This document shows, one piece after another, positions 1 to 11,169 of a stretch of 64,000 bases of DNA. This DNA is from Kudoa neothunni (Eukaryota > Animalia > Cnidaria). The stretch is taken from the NCBI GenBank assembly GCA_964304625.1, contig OZ199838.1:2293329-2357328 (forward strand), written 5' to 3'. The translations under genes and the position numbers were made by a program. Each line of letters starts with the position of its first letter. The first letter of the stretch is position 1. Below the pieces are notes generated by a model, which was given only the letters and a program-made list of their open reading frames with translations, did not search any database and was not told the origin of the DNA.

Positions 1-591
1 AGCTTAATCTATAGCACGTAGGTAAAATCAGCTTTTTGGTGCTATTCTTAAAATACTAATTGGGTTAAAAATAAATGATTGTTTCTTCATAGAAAATTTA
101 TTCAAATTTGAACAATGGTTACAAATATTTTCTAATGCATTGTAACACCCCCCTCACTAATTTAAACTGCAGGTCGCCACTTGACATTATATTAGATTTA
201 CATCTAGCTGCGCATGAAGAATTTAATATTTCATCTTTTGTTGTATATTATAAGAATAGAACCCCTCCAAAATGCTATATTAGCGATTAGCGTGTAACTG
301 AAAACTATATATGTTCAATATTTAGAAAAGATCTATTTCTAATATACATTTTTTAAATACATTCACTGTAATTAATACATAATATTAAAATTCCTTGAAG
401 AATGTATCAAGAACATTCTAGAAATAAATTAAAGCTATCTAATAATGTTAATGTATTTATTAATAAGTATCAATCGAATATATGCATTTGTTAGAGTTGA
501 TTTATAATACTTTATAAGGATTGTGATATTTATATTTTATTAATTATGAAAATAATTCGTATTCTAATAATAAATTGTTGCTATACTATGT

Positions 592-3500
592 TTATAATTC
601 GTAAGCAGTGTCTTTGGATTTTCTTCGGAACACGACCGAACCTATCACCACTAGCAATGCTCCTACGATCGGTACCATTGCGTATACACTAAGAAAAAAT
701 TATTAAAAAACGAATAAACTCTTTACATGTATTTGCTAACAGACCTAAATTAAATTAAATAAAAAAAATGAATTAAAAATACGAATGACTGTTCTTGGCA
801 GCCTCATATTCGTGCTTCTTTTCACTATCTACAGATTTTTTAATACAGCTTATTGTCATAATTTTACTAAAAATATATTAAAAAAGTTAGAAAATTCAGT
901 GTACCCTTTTGCAATCTTTACAATCGTTTTTTCAAAGATATCGTATATATCAATGTTGGTATATTCACTTTTTATATTTTGTCCTTCTGCTAATATTTAA
1001 GAAACAAAATCATCCATACAAATTTACTAAAATAATTAATTAAAATCATATAGTTTAAAAATGTTTCATTACCCTGAAGGTTGTGATATTTTCGAGTCTA
1101 TATTACATAATATAATTAATCAACAAGAAATAATAACATATATATTAATTTTATATTACACGGAATCTCGTGAATTTTATATTTCGAGAAATCCTTTACT
1201 TTCACACTCAACCTATAATCTTTTTTCCTGGATAGTCCGTTGATACCGATAAGACAACCATTGGATGAACATCCTTCTTCATCATTACACCAAAAAACTA
1301 TTGGTTTTTGATTTTCATCATCTGTTTTTTCGTGCAACATAAAGGGGCATTTCGAAGTTGTCGATTTATCAGTAAACAATACATTAATTGCTATACCATT
1401 ATCACCATAAGATGTATAAGTAACCGATGTATCGACATTAGCTATAGGCTATTATATCATAATAAAATCCAAAATTTATTACTAGTAGTAACTTCAAATA
1501 TTCTTGGTTTTTTACCACCAGATGGCTCCACAGTAACATCATAGGTTACCCCCAATTCTAGGTTAACAATTTTGAATGGGCTGTCACATTTATTTTCACA
1601 GGCTCCCATTCCTTCACAAGAAGCCATAAACTTGGCATTTGGGTCACCTTTTTTTTTTAGATAAATTCTACATACTGGAAGCGAATCGTGTTTTTGAAAA
1701 GGTGTAACAGTAACATTTCCCGCCTTTATAGATATTTGAGAAGTTGAATCTGTTAACTTTTCCTCACCAGCTAAATAAATCTAATATTATTATTATTATA
1801 AGCTAAACTTACTCGTTCTAAAGGAAATTTTTTTGATATAACCGTTTGTCACACCAAAGTTTCTAACTGTTACTGTAATTATATAACTGGTATCAGCTGT
1901 TAGGCTGGTAATCGAATATGACTCCTCACAGTTAATGTCACATTCACCTCCAGTACAAAGAGCTCTTTTTTCAGTAGATATCGTATTTGCTTTAGAAATA
2001 TTAATTGTGCATTCCTGATTATTATTTTCTGTGTCTATCTTCTTGTAATTTGCAAGCCCCGTAAGTCTAACACCTGTTCCTGTTATGTCTGTGATATTAA
2101 AGCCAATATCGTTCCCTACAAAATTATATTTATATTTCTAAGTTTCAATTACTTCTAAAGTATTGTTTGAAACCAGTCGTATCATATCTTCTTCTAACAA
2201 TCACACCAACATTTTGATGGTCTCCTGTGAAGTCCAAAATAGAATCTTGACAAAGTTGATAGCAACCATTCTCATTATTTTTACATGCGTTCAAAACTTT
2301 GCTCGTTTGATCCACACCAGCATCATCCACCTGAAATATACTGATATGGCACATCTCGTCATTATATTGGCCAGGAGAAAATGTAATTTTCAGTTTATTA
2401 TTGGTATTTTCAACAGCTGAAATAGAATAAATAACCTCTGACCTTAGAGGAATAGTGCTATTCAATAAGGTGGTATTTGTGAAGTAGTAAATTCCTGGCC
2501 ACATAAGTGTTGAGTTAATGTTATAATAACTCATGTGTCTATCAACTAAGAAATTGGCCGACTTTGTTTCAATTCTATCTGAGTATCTGGCAACATTAAA
2601 TTCGGAGTTTTCGGTATTGCTAAATGAGTCTACTTGCCCGTCAGCATACACTTCCCATTCGGTTTTTGAATTTGTTTTATAGGAAAAAGTAACTTTATCA
2701 TCAGTGTTGGTGATAGAATAAGTATGCTTTTGGTTGTAATCTAAAAACATCGAATTTTAATGCATCAATAATGATGTATTTAGAAATGTATTATAATGTA
2801 AAATAACGAAGAATATTTATTACAATTACCCATATTAATTGGAAAAACTCTATTTTTTTTGCATGATTCCGCATCATTATCGTCTTTACCATAACATACT
2901 AAGAGATAACGATCAATTTTAGAATTAATGTATCCAATCTCAACATTTACGGCCGTGCAGTCAGTTAAGCATAAGTTATTTTTAGTATTCGAAATACAAG
3001 GTGGCTTCACAAAATTAGGGTCTTCTTCAAAATTTGATAGTTTTAGGACACATTTATTACCATCTGGAAAATCTGATAGTTTAATGTGGAATTTCGTAAT
3101 ATCTTTATTAGATTGTTGTTCAAATTTTTGATATAGTTTTCCACGTCGGTAAAAGGCTAGTCACAATGTTAAAAAAATTATTTATATTTGTTTTACCTGG
3201 AATTTCTAATTTAAATGGGGGTGATTTTTTATTTACATATAACATTAATCTGTAATTATGTTTTCTATTATATAAGCCTGAACCAAACTGAATATCACTG
3301 CATTTCTTTTTATTTTTGTTTGATGCTTCACATTCAACGCAGGACTGTTGTATATTTGTTGGTGAAGCTAAATAATCAATTAAAGGATTAGTTACTATTA
3401 TTATTATTACTGTTTCGTTCTTTATACATATAAAACTGATAATAACACTCCATAGAGCCATCGTTAGCGATAATGCTTGTCGGTATTATTTTGAGATTAT

Positions 3501-6500
3501 TTCCTGTTGAATCAGGTGAAATTTTGAATTGAATCGCATCACCAGCTATTTATAATTATTGATGAAATTATAATTGGAAAATACTTGTTTTCTGTTTTTC
3601 AAGAGTATGAACCTTATAGCTGCCGCTGGGTACAATCTTAATATCATAGTTGGCACCAGAATACAAACCAATGATAGTAAATTCTGAGTTACACTTTTTT
3701 ACACACAATTCCTTTTCTGAGCATATAGCTGGATAATAATATAATTTTCCATGTTCTCTAACGTAAATTGAGCATGTTATCGTTGAAACCGTAGAAATTG
3801 ATGTTAGTGTGAATCCAGTTGTTGTGGGCGTAAACGATATCGTCTTACTAGAAAGAGCATTTGTTTGATCTATATATGTGAAATAATTTTCTGAAACTAC
3901 ATAAAATACCGGTTTTATGATAGAAGTATTTTCTTGGTGAATAACTTGGTATATTTTTCAATGATATCATAATATCATTTGCTAAATAAATGGGGTTTGG
4001 TGAAATATTCATTACTCCAATGCTGCAAGATGTAGGGTCGTTAACAGTTTTCCTACCAGTTTCGCTAATTAATGGAGCGTATACATTCCATGATTTTAAT
4101 TCACACGTTACAGTCGATCCAGCACTAACAAGTTGACCATCTTCGTCCTTATTGTTACCGCTAATATTAACTTTGATTTTACTATCAAATGTAGTAACGG
4201 AAGTATCATTGCCATGTTTCACTAGAATATATATTCATATTGCTTATAATTTAATCTATTACATATATAAACGTTATTTTGATAGCCAACAATAGGTTCC
4301 ATTCCAAATTTGAGAACACGTATTTTTACTGCTTTCACTTCTATGGGAATATCTCCAAACGTAACGTTACTGCATAAACTGAAAATGCAGTTTGCATTAT
4401 TATCGCAAGTATTTGAGAAAAATCTATTAGAAGATGATGCAGTTGCGTCAATCCATTCAAATGTGCACATTTTAGAAGGTTCTCCATTAACCAACTTAAT
4501 GGTAAGATTGCTACTTTCATCATTCACCCCCAATTCATAATAAAATCTATTAAAGACTGGTGCATTGGTTTTCACAAATGTATTGTCATAGAAGTAATGA
4601 AAGTCAAAATATTTAGGACAACTTATGTAATAGTCTTCAACTAGTTCGTCAAATTGAAATGAGCAACTATCCGTATTACAAGGTGGTCCCGACGTAACTT
4701 TGGTGAAGGAACCTAGCTTCTCATCATCCTTATATCCATTGCAATTTAGAGAACACTTATTAACACCTAATTTTATCTTATCCTTATCCAGTTCAGCAAT
4801 ATGGACTATTTCCTCGAAAAAATCTTAACAAAATTATATTATTGTAACAAAAGAGATTTACCTATGTAGTACGAAAAGACCTTTCCTGCAGTGAATTCGA
4901 TTTGTGGTAGTGGCGTCAGCGCATCGGTTAGTAGCTCTGGTGTCTCTTGTTTTTCCCTCTCTTGATTTTGATTTTTCTTCCCATCTTGTTCGACTTCTCT
5001 TTCATTAGGCCCTTTAACAACCAAACTAGGATCCGCTCCTTTTTCTGGACCTTCTTGTGACCTATCTCGTCCAACTGGTGGCGCTAAGACTTTTGCTTTC
5101 GCCATTAATGACTTTAATGGATAGGTTTTGTTTCCGGAATCATAATCTGTATTAACTATTTCTCCAACAGACATTTTAGCGATAACTCCATCAACCAAGC
5201 CTGATTTAGAAGTAGCTATGGGAGGGGGTTTAGAGTCTGTATAACTTACCGAAATGTAATTAGGCTTTTTTCCGCTATTAAGATCAATAATAAATTCTGT
5301 TTTGAGCTGGTCACAAGTTTTTTCATTTAACGAACTGTCACCAACACTAACGTATGCAGATAAATCATTGTCAGACTTTTTAATTGTGCATTTTTTATCA
5401 CTTTTCAGCAATAAAGCACCTGTAAATTTCATCTTGTATTTACTTAGTGCTTTATCATATATTAGAATCATTTCGCCTTTCTCTTCCTCAGCATTTCCTA
5501 ATTAAATATATTTAAAGTAAAATTATTTATTTATTTATCAACTTGTTATTTCTTTTCTTTCTGGTTTTGCATGGTCTCCATTTATCATGACTAGTTCATA
5601 CACAACTTCTGGGCCAATATAAGTCCATGGAATGTCCAACGTTTTTGATGCACCTATTGTTTTAACTCCAAGATTGCAATCGATATTCAGACAATCCAAT
5701 ATAATCTTATTGGAATCTTTTTCCAATAGAGTATAACGCCAAGAACTCCCAAGATTTCCTTCATTAATAGCAGATATAGTGAGAGTCGTCTTTTTTTCAG
5801 AAGATTGCACCGGTTCAGATATAGTAACAACGACTCCATTAGCTATTTACATTAAGCAACATTTAAATTATTTTAAAAATTACTTGAAACGGATTCACTC
5901 TCTGCACATGTGTAGCCTTTGGAGCAGATAGTTATTTTGTAGCTTGTTATAGGATCCAGGTTTATAATGGTGAACGCACTTGTACATACGTCCAGACAAA
6001 AAAATTTTTTTGAATTCTTTTCACACGTAGCAGGAAATTTGGATGCCTCTTCTCCTTCAATAGAATAAAACAATTCGCATCTTGCGTCATTATTATTAGA
6101 TCCAGCAGGAAAAAGACTAGATGGAGTTAAATTTAACTGAGTGTTTACACCGCCAACAGGGGTTGGTATAATTTGTTTTTCATTATTAAAAATAGCCCCT
6201 ATTCAACATTTAAATACATTTCTAATAACCGTTTTACCTTTTGTTTTGAAATAAAAATATCGGTGGTAATGATTCACTTCGGAAGAATCTACGATGTTTA
6301 GTCCCGTTATTTTCATTTTTAAAATGTATTCCGTTAACGGTTTAAGTTCTGTTATCGTTTTTGAAACGAAAGAGATACATCCATCCGTGCATGCTACATC
6401 ATCCCCGACAGTTTCTATGCCCATAAATTTCTCTATTAATTTGATTTCTTTGATTTTTGCTTCTTTCACTGTCGATTTTAAATCTTCATTTTTATTTAAT

Positions 6501-7666
6501 TCTGAAAGACTAATCGTAACTTGATTATTTTGTTTATCCGAAAACGCATCAGCGGGTTGTTCATTTCGAACTACATAAATTTATAAAAATTGTAATAAAC
6601 TTAAGGAATACATGTAACAGTTTGAATAAATTCTTTTGCACTTATTTTCCCGACTGATTTTACAAGTACTTGAGCAAAATTCAAATCATATTCGTAGAAT
6701 AATGTCGCCTTGTAACAAGGTTGAAGACACGGGCCAGCTTTATTCCTTGTAGAACAATAAGATGAAAAGTGTGAGTCGTTAATATGCTTTATTCCAAAGT
6801 AACACAACTTGGATGGTTCGGGATTTTGGAGTATTATTGTGAAATAATGCTTATTATTATTATTTTTTGATTTTGACCCAGTTGCAATAAACCAATCTTC
6901 ATCAGGTTTTTTGGGATTCAGAAATATTTCAGGTGATTTATCATTGAATTTGACGATATATTTTGGTTTATATGATTTAGAATTAAATGTAATAGGTTTC
7001 TCAGTGTAGAAATCGTTACTTGCAGTACTAGTATGTTCCTCATTAGAGTCAGATTTGAGAGTGAATCCCTTATCAATTTTTGTCCTAACATGCACAATAA
7101 ATTGGCCAGTTGTTTTCTGTACTCTTAATGATGATTTAATATACGTATCTATCAAAAATTTTTCATTAATTTCATGTGTAATCAAATTACCTTTGAATTT
7201 ATAAACTTTCTTTAAGGGGCAAATTTTGACACCTTTCTCATCTACTCCTTGACACCACCTAATATATTTCATTTCCTTAATTTCATCCCTACTGAATTTT
7301 AATTCAACATTTTTACAATCATAGATGCATCTTTCTGAAGCGGAATCATCTTTAGCATCAGCATCTGTTATAACAGTAGTGCACTTCGGAATAGTTTTAA
7401 GTGTTGAAGTCTCGCTATCATAATATTGTAGGGCACATTTTCTGTAGCTATTTTGAATGTGGTAACCAGAAAGAGTAACAACATATTTATTTTGAACAGG
7501 TGAAAAACTTAAGTTCATTATATTATTATCAATGTCTTGAGTAGAGATAAATGTATTCATTATTGCTAATCAATATTTAAAATATGAAATACTTGAAGTG
7601 ATTACCTGAAAAAATAATCAAATATAATGATGTAAAAAATCTCCAATTCAACGATGTTACTATCAT
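592..7666 (-). CDS. Large (~2,000 aa) multi-exon type I membrane protein with ~18 cysteine-rich FN3/Ig-like modules (surface protein paralog A)
   Basis: Hand-spliced. ATG at 7666 gives signal-peptide-like MIVTSLNWRFFTSLYLIIFS(A)IMNTF across a 40-nt intron (7566-7605). Successive exons are joined by ~39-45 nt phase-1 GT-AG introns (e.g. 7149-7190, 6571-6611, 6199-6237). FN3-like tyrosine corners: ITELKPLTEY, IINLDPITSY, IIGLYSGANY, ITSLTADTSY, IVNLELGVTY. Last exons give SVSKYIVYAMVPIVGALLVVIGSVVF-RRKSKDTAYEL*, stop at 594-592. Threading at about 990-1160 is ambiguous. Confidence 0.85.
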
Positions 7667-7909
7667 TTTTGAAGATTTTATGAAACAGATAATACATTTA
7701 TTCACGAAAGATATTTATATTAACATATTATAATAAGTCGTAAATCGTTTTCATTTAATCCGAATAATGACAAATTCAATATTTAATAAATACAATAGTT
7801 ATTAATGGATGAAACTAGAATATCACTTTTAATTCAAAGATATAATTGTTGTGGAAAGCAATATTTCATAAGAACCAACTTATATAATTGGATTAACGAA
7901 ACTGTAAAG

Positions 7910-10227
7910 CAGTGTTCCCAACCTTTTTTTTAGACGTGACCCATATTTTTTTCAAAAAAATATCCTGTGACTCACGTTAATATTGTAAATGCTTAATCGA
8001 ATTTAACATTAACAATTTTAATTTTTTGATAATATTTATATTCGATATTATATATAATAAAAATATTATGATTGAAACAGTACACTTTTATAATAATTAT
8101 TTTTAATTTATTAATTTAAAAATTTTATTTAGACTTTTTAGCTCGAATAATTATTTTTAAATATTATTATGAAACCGTCAAGCTTGTCTTATGTCGACTT
8201 ATCACTCTTGCTTTTTAATAATCACCGCTGGTTCATTATATTTAATTAATGTTTTAAATATAATATTTCATTTTAATGATTATTTTTGGTTTTTTTGACC
8301 CGATGGTATCATCTAAAGTTACAAACTACTAGAATTTAATAATTTTTCGTTTCAATATTCAATGCAACGAACACAATTTGTTTATATATAATTTCTTTTT
8401 ATTCGAAAAAGTATGAACAAAACTGTAGCATATTTTCTTGTATATTCAATAAATTTAAATGTATATCAATTTCGTCCGAATATAACTCACCATTACCTAA
8501 TATCAATATTTTTTAATACTTCTGGTATTTTAAACAAAATTAATTCAGCGAAAGAATTTTTTTGCTTTTAATTACAGAAAATTAATAATAAAGGAATAAA
8601 TATATTATTGTACGTGGATTAAATAGAAAATTCAATGTATTAAAGATTATTTTGTGGTTCAATCTAATATTTAAAAAATCAATAATAACAATTATAAACT
8701 ATTAATGTAATACTAGTATCTATTTGATGAAGGTATGCGTAATCACATTAATAAATAACACACCAGTTTGGTGTAGCATTGTTTGACCGGCATCTATTTT
8801 AATATAACATTAATTATATTGTTTGCTTTATATAAAAAATATTTAAACAAAAAACATTGTTATTTATTTTTAACGACTTTAATAAAAAATTTACGATGTT
8901 TAAAATATTCAATCTAAATATAGGAAAGTTGATCATTTAATTCAGTAAGGAAATCAAATATAATATCCACAGCAGGATTATATATAGCAGCAGTTAGAAA
9001 ATTTACGGTTTTATTAAAATTTTAAATGAGACAACATTACTACGTCTCTAAATTATTTTGGTTTATAATTTTTTATTAATTTTAGAGGTTCTGACAAAAT
9101 ATCAAATCATTATTTTCCATTGGCTGTCATGATGATTTAATTTTCTCAATTAAATAAATTACGCAAAATCAAAAGTAGATTTAAAATATGTGGATAAAAA
9201 TTTATGTGCAATTCCATGTTATTTATAATTACTCATTTAAAACTTTTTTTAATTAAAGATAATATATATTTTATTACTTTATTAGATTTTGATGTCAATA
9301 AAATGTCTTTTTAATTGAATATTTTATTAATTAAATTTATATATATATTAATTTTCAGGTTTGTTAAATATACTATTTAAAAAATTTATTACGTCGATTA
9401 TAAATAACATGACTGACATTTAAAGATGGTAAAAAATATAGTTAGGATGTGCAAATTATATTGTCATGAAACGTCTACAAACACATTATTTTGTATAATA
9501 AAAATCTTTAATTTCATATGAATTGATAATATTACTTAATATAATTCGTTCTGTATGAGAATTCGAGGCGAGTAATGCTTTCAGTGTCTAGATTTGAGTT
9601 ATTAAATGGACGAATGAATTGAATTATTAGAAAATAACTTCAAGTTTTAATATCTAATTTAAGTATAAAGTTTACTTTTTAAACATACTCGTCTCACTTA
9701 AATATCTTGTGAATAATCTTATTTAAGAATTAAATAATTAAAACAAACTATGAAGTCAACCCGCTATGTGCCACAGAATCAAACGAGTCCAAGTAATACA
9801 TGAATAGTTACGTGTCTGAAATTTAATGAATAGAAAAATTAACTCTCATCTGTATCAGACTTACAAGTTAATAAATTATTCGTGAGCACCAAAAAACGAA
9901 CGAAAGGGTGAGTATTGATTGATCGGAACACGTGTTGATTATTTGGGGTCGTATGATAAATTAAGTTTTTACTCTTTTCCATATTGAAATGTGCGATGTT
10001 ACTCATAAAACAACAATATGTAACTTAATTCAACATAATATTTATAGTAAATCAATATAAATCGAGTCCAAAAGTTAAAATAACATTTTCTAACCTGAGG
10101 GTATTCTACACGGCATGGTTCTGCGTTTTCTTGCGCCGTCCAAATTAGTCAAAAAAATTTTCACGACCCACAAAAAATCCGCCATGACCCATATGTGGGT
10201 CATAAGACACCAGTTTGAGAAGCACTG
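7910..10227. mobile_element. Non-autonomous hAT (Charlie-like) DNA transposon
   Basis: Termini CAGTGTTCCCAACCT (7910) and AGTTTGAGAAGCACTG (to 10227) are imperfect inverted repeats, with subterminal GACCC/GTGACCC motifs. The flanking 8-mers ctgtaaag and ccgtgaaa match 5/8 (eroded TSD). No transposase ORF. Confidence 0.65.
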
Positions 10228-10805
10228 CCGTGAAAATAATTCGTTATAATCATGGTTTTAATCAGATTATATGGTGTGGATTTTAATGATTCGCGCGTGC
10301 AAGTCACACAGCAAAGCTAATGTACGTTTTAATAAAAATCATATAAAAGCAAGTGCCAAGGATTTAAATTATTTTTTTCTACGCGAAAGAATTATTTCTT
10401 TAGATAATGTCACTTTCCACAACAATGGTGCATGCTCGAAGATATAGGATTAATTTTATTCCTATTAGTTTTCTGCTATATGGCGAATAATCCACAAAAA
10501 ATTTTCAACAAAAATAATTGTATTTTTTCGAAAATATCACATAGATATCAAATTGTTTTTTATCAAACTCAAAATAATCGATCATTGCCGTGGGTATACC
10601 TATTGTTTTTACCTCTTTCATGATGAAATTAAATTTGAATTAATCGTTAATAGTGGAATTTTCATACTAGTAAGTATAAGTTTATTCACACTGCTATGAA
10701 TTAGGATTAAGTTCACTTATTATGTCAAATTAGTTACACAAATAAAGGTTTATTTATGTAAACTTTGTATTATTTATTCAAATACTCTTAATTTACTTTG
10801 GATTT

Positions 10806-10885
10806 AAAATGACCTTGACCTACTCAAGGCTTTAGCCTACTTGGCCGGATAAGGAAGCCCATACGAAGCGGGGCTTTTGCGCTAG
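10806..10885 (+). mobile_element. Helitron 3' end (hairpin + CTAG)
   Basis: aaaatgaccttgacctactcaagg...aagccc-atacgaagcg-gggctt-ttgcgCTAG|T. A near-identical end occurs at 38611-38666. Confidence 0.6.
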
Positions 10886-11169
10886 TATGTAATATGATTT
10901 ATTTCCTTCGAAGATCTCTATATTGTTACGATAAAATGTGAATAATTGAAATTTAGATTGCCACAAACATTACACTTTGTTTTTAAAGAAATTGTGTATT
11001 CATCGTTGGAATACGTCATATGGAAATAAGTTTTTAAATGTGAGTCCTATAATAGAATAGAAAATAATAAATAAAATGTTTCAACCACTGTTGGAAGAAA
11101 AAATCATTTTGAAATAAAAACATTCTGACAGGACTTAAAATAAAATATTAATTTTTCTACAGTGTTGGC

